From Minisyncoccia bacterium (GTDB lineage Bacteria; Patescibacteriota; Minisyncoccia; Phycocordibacterales; JAACPR01), in the NCBI GenBank assembly GCA_044375695.1, contig JBILMG010000003.1, positions 10,204 to 34,203 of the forward strand: a stretch of 24,000 nucleotides of DNA. Direction: 5' to 3'. The notes below the pieces were generated by a model that ran no database searches, was not told the origin of the DNA, and saw only the letters and a program-made list of their open reading frames with translations. Both the position numbers and the translations under genes were made by a program. Below, piece after piece: positions 15,701 to 22,326 of this stretch (its first letter is position 1; the number at the start of each line of letters is the position of its first letter).

Positions 15701-15769
15701 CCTGTCCGCGGGTATGACTCGCGCTGACGATGTCCGCTCGCCGCGTGGCGAGACCAAGGACGAAACAGG
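15701..15769 (+). ncRNA. Hammerhead ribozyme, type III (HH3), with an extended stem II
   Basis: CCUGU-C| then stem I CGCGGG-UAUGA-CUCGCG. Then CUGACGA plus one extra U, and stem II GUCC...GGAC carrying an extension hairpin CUCGCC-GCGU-GGCGAG. Then GAA and ACAGG. GUC triplet. Predicted cleavage after C15706, 90 nt upstream of the ATG at 15797. Confidence 0.8.
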
Positions 15770-15796
15770 TGCAAGAACTTTCGAAAAATAAATACT

Positions 15797-16183
15797 ATGA
15801 GCAACTTCAATTTTAAATCCTACGTTGGCGGCCAGCTCCTCATGCTCACCAAGGCTTTCGGTGCGGCCAGCGGCAAGAAGAACGAAATTTGGCGCCGCGG
15901 TGAGATTGCTGCCATTCGCGAAGAGGGAGACGTCGCCGTCATCGAGTTCGCCTGGACGGCAATCAAGCGAGGCGGCCGGTACTTCCTGGACGATTCGTCC
16001 TCAGAGGTGGCCGTTCCCCTTGGTTCGGCACGCAGCAGCCGAAGCTACTCGTTGGTGGCTTTCGAGCGAAGCGTGGAGCTGCGGCTCGATATGGTGTACT
16101 GCTTTACCGAGCCCGACGACAATCGGAACGTGCCGCTCTCGAAGGTAGGAGAGCAGCGTCCGATTCGGCGGACCTCAAGCTGA
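15797..16183 (+). CDS. Hypothetical protein (128 aa), no recognisable domain
   Basis: ATG-initiated ORF immediately downstream of HH3, with balanced amino-acid composition (MSNFNFKSYVGGQLLMLTKAFG...). Its stop codon is embedded in a strong intrinsic terminator. Confidence 0.6.
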   Translation: MSNFNFKSYVGGQLLMLTKAFGAASGKKNEIWRRGEIAAIREEGDVAVIEFAWTAIKRGGRYFLDDSSSEVAVPLGSARSSRSYSLVAFERSVELRLDMVYCFTEPDDNRNVPLSKVGEQRPIRRTSS

Positions 16184-16202
16184 GGTCCGTTTTTATTTTT
16201 TT
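16170..16202 (+). terminator. Intrinsic terminator
   Basis: GGACCTCA-AGC-TGAGGTCC (8 bp) followed by GTTTTTATTTTTTT. Confidence 0.8.
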
Positions 16203-16249
16203 GGACTTCATCGTCTCTTCACCGTCGGAAACTTACCGTTAGCCGTACC

Positions 16250-17602
16250 GTGTCTCGGACCGTTTCATTGCTCGCCGCTCTGGCTGTCTTTGCTGCATCA
16301 TTTTGGCGCGGCGCGAGTTACGACGCGTCTAATCGTTGCCCTGCTGCGCCGCCGGATGTCCTGCGCGGCGTGGCGGTCGAGGTTCGTGTGGGCACGTTCG
16401 GCGACCGCGCGCTGGTGCGCGGGGAAAATGGAACGTGGGGTTTCGTGGCGGCGGTCGGGAGCGGGGAGGTGGCGGTTGGGGATAAGGTCGAAATATCTGG
16501 AGCCAGGGTTTTCCGTATAAAAGATTTTCTGGGCGACGGCGGACAGATGTTCCCGTACGCGAACCTGATGCGGTCCCGCGGCTACTGCTTCGAGGCGAAG
16601 CGGGGCGAGGTAAAAATTATTGGGAGTTCAGGCGGCTTTGCCGACCAGCTGAGGGCGCTCGGCGTCGCCGCCCGCGAGCGTATTGGGCGCGTCTTGCCGC
16701 CGGTGCCGGCGGCTCTTTCGGCTGGGGCTCTCTTTGGCGGCGACGACGGGATAGGCGAAGATTTAGAAGAATCTTCGCGCCGAGCCGGATTGGCGCACGC
16801 GCTCGCGCTTTCCGGCTTCAATGTGGCGGTTTTCGCCGGGGCAATCGATTTGGTGTTGCGCGGCTTCATGCCGCGCTCCGCGCGTATTTTGGGAGGAGCG
16901 GCCGCTGCTTGGCTCTTGGTGTCTCTGGCCGGGCTGCCACCGTCGGGGGTACGCGCCGCACTCGCCTGGACCGTCGGCGCCGCCGCGCGCCTATCTTTCC
17001 GGCGGGCCGAGGCGCCGCGGGCGCTCCTCTACGCCGCCTTCGTCTACTCCTGGTGGAATCCGCTCGCGATCGCCTTCGATTTGTCGCTGCAGCTCTCGCT
17101 CCTTGCGTGCCTTGGCCTCGCGGCGTGGGCGGCGTCGGCTGCGGAGAGATTGGTGGGGGTTCCGGGCGTGCTCGGCATTCGGGAGGCTGCCGCCTCTACC
17201 TTGGCGGCTACCGTTGCGACGCTGCCGCTCTCGGTGTGGTCTTTCGGGCAAATTTCCCTGGTGGCGCCGCTCGCGAACGCCGCGCTCGCCTACGCTATTC
17301 CCGGGATGATGTGGGCGGGTTTCGCCGCCGCTGCGGTTTCTTTCTCCGATGCTCTGTCTGACGCCGTCGGCTCTGTTCTCGCGCTACCCGCCGAGCTTTT
17401 CTCTTTCGTGGCGCTGCGGTTTGGCGGCTTTGCCTGGTCTAGCGTCTCGGTCTCTTCTGGTCCTGTGCTCGCGCTGCTGGGCTCGTTCGTCGTTTCGCTG
17501 GCGGCGTTCTGGTCTATCGGCGCGGCCCGTCGGCGCGAGGCCGAGGCCTGGACCTCAGAGGTTCTCCGTCTTCGCCGGTCCATCGACGAAACTTCTGGCT
17601 AA
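16250..17602 (+). CDS. comEC: ComEC/Rec2-like DNA-uptake channel protein (OB-fold plus competence membrane domain, lacking the MBL domain)
   Basis: 450 aa from a GTG start. The N-terminal region has a TM helix and a beta-rich segment. The polytopic membrane core has the ComEC-like motif GLAHALALSGFNVAVFAG (compare HLLAISGLH). No C-terminal metallo-beta-lactamase domain is present in this ORF. Confidence 0.8.
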   Translation: MSRTVSLLAALAVFAASFWRGASYDASNRCPAAPPDVLRGVAVEVRVGTFGDRALVRGENGTWGFVAAVGSGEVAVGDKVEISGARVFRIKDFLGDGGQMFPYANLMRSRGYCFEAKRGEVKIIGSSGGFADQLRALGVAARERIGRVLPPVPAALSAGALFGGDDGIGEDLEESSRRAGLAHALALSGFNVAVFAGAIDLVLRGFMPRSARILGGAAAAWLLVSLAGLPPSGVRAALAWTVGAAARLSFRRAEAPRALLYAAFVYSWWNPLAIAFDLSLQLSLLACLGLAAWAASAAERLVGVPGVLGIREAAASTLAATVATLPLSVWSFGQISLVAPLANAALAYAIPGMMWAGFAAAAVSFSDALSDAVGSVLALPAELFSFVALRFGGFAWSSVSVSSGPVLALLGSFVVSLAAFWSIGAARRREAEAWTSEVLRLRRSIDETSG

Positions 17603-17609
17603 AAGAAAA

Positions 17610-17640
17610 CTCGGCTGCCAATCGACAGCCGAGCATTTTT
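17610..17640. terminator. Bidirectional intrinsic terminator between convergent genes
   Basis: CTCGGCTG-CCAATCGA-CAGCCGAG, flanked by AAAAGAAAA upstream and CATTTTT downstream. Confidence 0.7.
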
Positions 17641-18512
17641 CAGACAGCCCCGACGAGCGAGAGCAGGAACGCGTCGCCTCGGTTGGCCGCGCCGGGAATG
17701 CCCAGCTGGCCTGCGAACTGCGCGGCCTCTTCGTCGCCGAAGTTGTCCGGCGTGTGCATGAGCACCATCGAGCTCTTGATTCCATCGGGCAGGGTCTCGA
17801 GCTCTGCAACCGTGGCGTGCACGTTACCGGCGCGCGTCGCGTCGTGGAAGAACCACTCGGCGCCGCGGGCGGCGTACTCTTCCACCAGCTCGCGGTCGAA
17901 ACGCGTGTCCATAGAGACGAACGCGCCGAACTGCGGCAGGTAGAAGCCGTAGGAGACCATCGAATCCCGCCAGCTGTCGGCGGTTCCGGGCGCGTGGCGC
18001 GTCCGGAAGATTTCAATCTTCAGCTCTCCGACGGTTACCCGCTCGGCGCGCTCGCTGATCTGCTCTGGGCGAATCACCCGGAAGTAGTCGTCGACCGTAG
18101 AGGGTGGCGACGTGTCCCAGGCGAGGCCGCCCTTGAGCGTCTCGTCCCACAGGTGCGGTTCGAGCGCGCGAGGCAGCACGAGGCCGGGCTTGCGGTTCGC
18201 CACCCAGCGGCACTCCTGCGCCGCGGTGGCTAAGCCGTTGGCGTGGTCCGCGTGGCAGTGGGACACGAAGAACGCGTCGATGTCGCCGAGCGTGAGCCCG
18301 GTCGATTCGGGGAGCGCCTCGGGCCACTTGCGGCCGCAGTCGATGGCCAGGCGGGTGTTGCCGTGGACGAGGACCAGGTTGGTTTCGCCGCGGCCGCCAG
18401 GTTTGGTGAAGGCGCCGCCGGCGCCGATGAAGGCGAGCGCGAGCTCGCCGCGATTGGTAGATTTAGGGACAACGTTACCGCGTCCCAGGTAGGAAATTCC
18501 GGTAGTTTTCAT
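17640..18512 (-). CDS. Metallo-beta-lactamase-fold hydrolase
   Basis: 290 aa. HxHxDH motif in FFVSHCHADHANG. Additional His/Asp ligand positions are typical of the MBL fold. Confidence 0.85.
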   Translation of the reverse strand: MKTTGISYLGRGNVVPKSTNRGELALAFIGAGGAFTKPGGRGETNLVLVHGNTRLAIDCGRKWPEALPESTGLTLGDIDAFFVSHCHADHANGLATAAQECRWVANRKPGLVLPRALEPHLWDETLKGGLAWDTSPPSTVDDYFRVIRPEQISERAERVTVGELKIEIFRTRHAPGTADSWRDSMVSYGFYLPQFGAFVSMDTRFDRELVEEYAARGAEWFFHDATRAGNVHATVAELETLPDGIKSSMVLMHTPDNFGDEEAAQFAGQLGIPGAANRGDAFLLSLVGAV

Positions 18513-18573
18513 ATGTTTCAGGGTTCGTTCTCCGTAACGCTACGCCCGGCGCCCTCGCCCGGTAACGGAACCT

Positions 18574-18605
18574 GACGAAACCTTCGACCTGACGAAAACT
18601 TCGTC
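18574..18605. promoter_or_regulatory. Two tandem palindromic operator-like sites in a divergent promoter region
   Basis: GACGAA-ACC-TTCGAC (18574-18588) and GACGAA-AAC-TTCGTC (18591-18605) have a 17-nt period. They lie between the MBL hydrolase gene (minus) and the TrmB-like gene (plus). Confidence 0.4.
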
Positions 18606-18647
18606 GTTGCCTTACGTTTCCGTCGCCGACGCGATAGCCTTAATCCC

Positions 18648-19400
18648 ATGAAACAGGAATCAGAGTCGGTCGCCGCCCGCGTCGCCGCGATCGGCCTCGA
18701 CGGCGTCGCCGCCCGCGTCTACGCCGCCGCCCTCGAGCTGGGCGAGGCGCCGGCATCCGAAATTGCCCGCGCCGCGGACGTGCCGCGCACTTCGGCGGCC
18801 TACGCGCTCGACGAGCTGGTGGCGAAAGGGGTGCTCCTCGAGGCTACAAAGGGGCGCGCCACCAGCTACCGCGCGGTGCCGCTCGCCGTCATCTTCGAGG
18901 AGGTGCGCGACAGCCTTCGCTCGGCCGAGGCGCTGCGCGCGGTCGGCGAGAAGAAGCCGGGCGTGTTCCGCCCACCCGAAACCCTCATCCTGCGTGGTCC
19001 CGCCGGCTTCCGCGAAGCCTGGCGCCGCGTCCTCTCTTCTGGGGCCAAGAGCTACACCGTTATTTCCGATCCGCGAGAGTTCCGCGACTACATGCGCGAG
19101 CACGACATTCTGGAAGATTTGATTGCCGAGAAGGTTCGCCGGAACATGACCAGCCGCAACATCGTCGTGGACTCTGACTACTCGCGCGACGTCTTCAAAA
19201 AAGATTCGTCCGAGAATCGAGAGACGCGCTTCCTGCCGAAAGGTTTCCCGGTGCCGTGCGTGGAGGTTGCCTGCGAGGAGCTGGCTTTCTTTGCCATGCC
19301 GCGCCTGGACGGCACCATTGTGCTGGTTGATTACCCCGAGTTTGGCCAGTCGCGCCTCGCGGTCTTCGAGGCGGTCTGGGCAACCCTGGGGGAGAGGTAG
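18648..19400 (+). CDS. TrmB-like helix-turn-helix transcriptional regulator (second paralog)
   Basis: 250 aa. N-terminal wHTH: LDGVAARVYAAALELGEAPASEIARAADVPRTSAAYALDELVAKGVL. Its length and architecture match 11975..12718. Confidence 0.75.
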   Translation: MKQESESVAARVAAIGLDGVAARVYAAALELGEAPASEIARAADVPRTSAAYALDELVAKGVLLEATKGRATSYRAVPLAVIFEEVRDSLRSAEALRAVGEKKPGVFRPPETLILRGPAGFREAWRRVLSSGAKSYTVISDPREFRDYMREHDILEDLIAEKVRRNMTSRNIVVDSDYSRDVFKKDSSENRETRFLPKGFPVPCVEVACEELAFFAMPRLDGTIVLVDYPEFGQSRLAVFEAVWATLGER

Positions 19401-19445
19401 GGGAGGTCTTGCCGCTCTTGTTGCCCCGGTGTAGACCGGGGCAAT

Positions 19446-19664
19446 ATGGAACCTTCCGCAATTACGCCCCCTCTCAAAAAATTTGAAGCCTTCCGCGACG
19501 GCCGCGAGAGCGTGCTGCCGACCGGCCGCCTCAAGGTCGAAAACGGCGCCCTCTTCCAGGAAGCCGAGGTCATCACCCACAACGGACCAGACGTGGGCGT
19601 GCGCCACGTCTGGTTCCCGGTTATTCAAACGATAGCGGACGCGCTAAGGCAATCAACCGGCTAA
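19446..19664 (+). CDS. Hypothetical small protein (72 aa)
   Basis: ATG ORF with ordinary composition, ending inside a good intrinsic terminator. I recognise no family. Confidence 0.45.
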   Translation: MEPSAITPPLKKFEAFRDGRESVLPTGRLKVENGALFQEAEVITHNGPDVGVRHVWFPVIQTIADALRQSTG

Positions 19665-19680
19665 GCCGGTTTTCTTTTTT
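19655..19680 (+). terminator. Intrinsic terminator
   Basis: AACCGGC-TAA-GCCGGTT followed by TTCTTTTTT. Confidence 0.75.
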
Positions 19681-19716
19681 GCCTGACGCGCCTCGCTTCC
19701 GGGGCGCGTCGGTTAA

Positions 19717-19746
19717 TTGACAAATTAATATAATGTATGATAAATA
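19717..19746 (+). promoter_or_regulatory. Putative promoter (TTGACA plus an extended -10) for the zinc-ribbon gene
   Basis: TTGACA at 19717-19722, then TG-A-TAAATA at 19738-19746 (18-nt spacer), in an AT-rich patch. This implies a ~175-nt C/A-rich leader. Confidence 0.4.
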
Positions 19747-19924
19747 AACAACAGGCGGCACCGTAAAACAAAAAATAACCAACCGTTTCCCGTCGCCGTT
19801 CTCCCGTTCCGCACAAGACCATAGCCGCTGACCACCCCCGGTCGGACGCTGCGTTCTTCTGCGCCAGCCGGTAGACCCCGGAACAGCAGACCAACGAAAC
19901 AAAAAATACAAAAATACCAAACAA

Positions 19925-20281
19925 ATGGAATTCAACGGCATTGATTACACCAACGAATCAGATTTCCTAGACGCTATCGAGGAGCACGAAGCTCGCGCCG
20001 AATTTGGAAAAAAGTTCGCCGCGGCTTGCGCTCTTCACGAAAAAACACTCGCCCGCCAGGAAAAAGAAAAATTACCCGAAGGGCGGCGCGACTCAATACC
20101 AACGAGAGCGGAAGCAAAGATCACCAAAAGAAAATACAGCTTCATTTGCCCGGAGTGCGCCGCTCGGCATGATTACGAACTCGCCGAGGGCGGGGAGCAC
20201 GAGGTTGTCTTCCGCTGCCCAGGGTCGTGGTGCGGCAGAAGGCTGCGCCTCTGTGATTTCGATGCGGGCGCCTACGTTTAA
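19925..20281 (+). CDS. Hypothetical zinc-ribbon protein (118 aa)
   Basis: C-terminal CPEC...(x21)...CPGSWC, a four-Cys arrangement typical of zinc ribbons. The N-terminal half is charged and helical. Confidence 0.6.
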   Translation: MEFNGIDYTNESDFLDAIEEHEARAEFGKKFAAACALHEKTLARQEKEKLPEGRRDSIPTRAEAKITKRKYSFICPECAARHDYELAEGGEHEVVFRCPGSWCGRRLRLCDFDAGAYV

Positions 20282-20293
20282 AAGTTAAAAAAC

Positions 20294-20325
20294 CAGCGCG
20301 GCAACCATGCCGCGCTGTTTTCTTT
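20294..20325. terminator. Bidirectional intrinsic terminator
   Basis: CAGCGCGGCA-ACCA-TGCCGCGCTG (10 bp), flanked by AAAAAA upstream and TTTTCTTT downstream. It lies between convergent genes. Confidence 0.75.
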
Positions 20326-20346
20326 GCGCTGGTGACGCTTTCCCTC

Positions 20347-20964
20347 CTAGCGCGCCTTCTCGAAGCGCGCCTCGGCGACGCCCCAGTTGGCGTTCGCGAG
20401 GAACGCTTCGGCGTACTTCATCTTGCCGGACGGCTGGAAGTCGGCGACGAAGGCGTGCTCCCAGAAGTCGATGCCGAAGACGGCCTCGACGCCGGGGAGG
20501 TGGCCGCCGTGCTGCTCGTCGACCCAGTAGTTGCGCAGGACGCCGTCGGCGCGGTCGAGGCCGAGCATCGCCCAGCCGGGGCCGCGGGTCGAAAACATTT
20601 TGGCGAACGAGGCCTGCCAGGCTTCGGACGAGCCGAAGTCGGCGGCAATCTTCTGCGCGAGCGGGGAAGCGGCGTCGAGCGCCTTCGGCCCGCCCTCGAG
20701 CAGCGCGAAGTACAGCTCGTGGTTCCTGATGCCGCCGAACTCGAAGCCGAAGCGGCGCGAGAGCTCGGCGCGCACGTAGCCATCTTCCGGTGAGTCGCCC
20801 AGCGAGGCGATCTTGGCCTGGATGAGGTTCGCGTGCTTCACGTAGCCCTGGTAGAGCTTGAGGTGCTCGTCGATGTTCGTGGCGGAGATTCCGGCGAGCG
20901 CGGGAATCTGGAAGGTCTTGGCGGCAATTTCCATGCGGGTATTTATGTGGCTAAGCCAGGGCAT
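20347..20964 (-). CDS. Fe/Mn-family superoxide dismutase
   Basis: 205 aa; the real start may be the internal Met (MEIAAKTF...). Motifs: ISATNIDEH..K..QGYV (N-terminal His ligand region), GIRNHELYF, GIDFWEHAFV (Asp/His ligands). Confidence 0.85.
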   Translation of the reverse strand: MPWLSHINTRMEIAAKTFQIPALAGISATNIDEHLKLYQGYVKHANLIQAKIASLGDSPEDGYVRAELSRRFGFEFGGIRNHELYFALLEGGPKALDAASPLAQKIAADFGSSEAWQASFAKMFSTRGPGWAMLGLDRADGVLRNYWVDEQHGGHLPGVEAVFGIDFWEHAFVADFQPSGKMKYAEAFLANANWGVAEARFEKAR

Positions 20965-21012
20965 TATACGCGGCTCACTGACGCCTCACCGCCCCAGGGC
21001 GAATATGGCTCC

Positions 21013-21852
21013 GTGAAGAAAACGATCACCAGAACGGTTAAATGGATTGCGGCTGCCGGCGTCGCGGCGGGGTTTGCGAGCTTGGCCTGGTCACCTCCTC
21101 CGTCCGGTCTATTTTTTCTGGATGTGGGGCAGGGAGATTCTGCGCTGGTGCGCGCGCCGAACGGCGTCGACCTGCTCATCGATGCCGGTCCGCCAGGGGG
21201 CGCTTCCGGCAGGTCGTTCGCCGCTATTTCGCCGCGGGACCGATCGATAGAAATGCTCGCGCTCACGCACCAAGATTTAGATCACTCCGGCGGGGCAAAA
21301 GATTTGATAGGACGATTTTCGTTCGGGGTTTTGGCTGCGCCTGTGTGGACCGCTAAGGCGTCTCCAATTTTAGGCGAGGCGGCGCGGCGAGGGCTCGCGA
21401 CCGCCACCTTGGCTCGCGGCGACCGAATTTGGCTCGATCGCGATACGCCCGTGTACCTAGACGTGCTATGGCCTCCGGCCGACGCGCCCGCCGGCGACGG
21501 AAACGATGGCTCGCTGGTGGCGCGGCTCACGTACGGATCTTCTTCGGCGGTGCTCACCGGCGACGCGCCGGAAGGTGTCGAGCGGCTGCTCGTTGCGGCG
21601 GGCGATTCGCTCGATGCGGACATACTGAAGGCAGGGCATCACGGATCGAAAACCTCGAGCTCGCCGGGATTCGTAGAGGCGGTATCGCCCGAGTACGCCG
21701 TTATTTCGGCGGGGGAGGAAAACCGGTACGGTCACCCGAACGAGGATACCTTGGTAACCCTGCGGCAATTTGGCGCCCAAATCTTGTCGACCGCCGAATT
21801 GGGGACGGTATCTTTTGTTTGGGGCGGGGAAGGGCTGTCGTTGAATATTTGA
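21013..21852 (+). CDS. ComEC-type metallo-beta-lactamase domain protein (stand-alone, one N-terminal TM anchor)
   Basis: The listed ORF start (20833) overlaps the SOD gene on the other strand. I prefer the GTG at 21013 (VKKTITRTVKWIAAAGVAAGFASLAW...). Motifs are typical of the ComEC C-terminal MBL domain: FFLDVGQGDSALV, LTHQDLDHSGG, LKAGHHGSKTSS, ISAGEENRYGHP. Confidence 0.8.
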   Translation: MKKTITRTVKWIAAAGVAAGFASLAWSPPPSGLFFLDVGQGDSALVRAPNGVDLLIDAGPPGGASGRSFAAISPRDRSIEMLALTHQDLDHSGGAKDLIGRFSFGVLAAPVWTAKASPILGEAARRGLATATLARGDRIWLDRDTPVYLDVLWPPADAPAGDGNDGSLVARLTYGSSSAVLTGDAPEGVERLLVAAGDSLDADILKAGHHGSKTSSSPGFVEAVSPEYAVISAGEENRYGHPNEDTLVTLRQFGAQILSTAELGTVSFVWGGEGLSLNI

Positions 21853-21858
21853 AAGCCC

Positions 21859-21901
21859 GAAAAGAATAGCCGCCGCCCGGAGGGCGGCGGCTATTCTTTT
21901 C
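21859..21901. terminator. Bidirectional intrinsic terminator
   Basis: GAAAAGAATAGCCGCCGCCC-GGA-GGGCGGCGGCTATTCTTTTC, a perfect palindrome that includes the A/T tails. It lies between convergent genes. Confidence 0.8.
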
Positions 21902-21908
21902 GGGCGGG

Positions 21909-22190
21909 CTAGACCGTCGCGACCTTGGCCTTAGCCTTGGTCTTGCCGGTGATGACGCCGGCGTCCTTGAGGGCCTTGAAGGCGCCGTTCTTGGCGATGG
22001 TGCGGAGGCCGTGCGCGGTGACGTTGAGCACGAAGGTCTTGTTGAGCTCAGCGACGAAAACGCGCTTCTTCTGGAGGTTCGGCTTGCGCTTGCGCAGGCC
22101 AACCGGGTTGTACTGGGTAGCACGGGTGCGGTTGCTGTAGCCGCCTCCGACCTGGGGGTTCTTCTTGGTGATTGCGCAGCGCTTAGCCAT
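21909..22190 (-). CDS. rpmB: 50S ribosomal protein L28
   Basis: 93 aa. MAKRCAITKKNPQVGGGYSNRTRATQYNPVGLRKRKPNLQKKRV... matches the L28 N-terminal pattern (MAK.C..TGK....G..VSH....). Confidence 0.9.
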   Translation of the reverse strand: MAKRCAITKKNPQVGGGYSNRTRATQYNPVGLRKRKPNLQKKRVFVAELNKTFVLNVTAHGLRTIAKNGAFKALKDAGVITGKTKAKAKVATV

Positions 22191-22326
22191 GACGTTTGTT
22201 TAGCGGGGGGAATCTAACAGGGCCTGGCTGTGTCGTCAAACTGCGATTGAGCCAGCGGCTGCCCGATTAGTAAGGGAGAAATAGGGTTTCCGGTACCGGG
22301 GTGCGGCAGGTTGCGGCTCCTATATA

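Larger units (their letters stand above)
13264..15790 (+). ncRNA. Candidate large (~2.5 kb) structured non-coding RNA / ribozyme-processed leader, unknown class
   Basis: There is no protein-like ORF on either strand between the promoter and the ATG at 15797; the listed ORFs are short, R/P/S-rich and mutually overlapping. Perfect or near-perfect helices are dense. They include a 12-bp long-range helix 13597-13608/13799-13810, a 12-bp helix 13609-13620/13651-13662, an 11-bp hairpin 14261-14288, an 11-bp helix at about 14704-14745 and a 24-bp hairpin 14786-14837. Three hammerhead ribozymes lie in the same orientation. Confidence 0.5.

Noticed and set aside
18571-18600. The CUGACGAAAC strings in the tandem repeat, and TCGTCAG at 23184-23190 (CUGACGA on the minus strand), as additional or degenerate hammerheads.
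   Set aside because: The core halves are fused with no stem II (18571-18600). For the 23184-23190 site there is no properly placed GAAA, no stem I or III and no NUH site. They are better explained as palindromic operator sites and as chance, respectively.
20833-21012. The upstream extension of the MBL-domain ORF (listed start 20833). Likewise the extended starts 8806 (response regulator), 11116 (RNase HI), 23156 (S12) and 4426 (membrane protein).
   Set aside because: The extensions overlap neighbouring genes or terminator hairpins and encode low-complexity sequence. Internal start codons give N-termini that match the family consensus.
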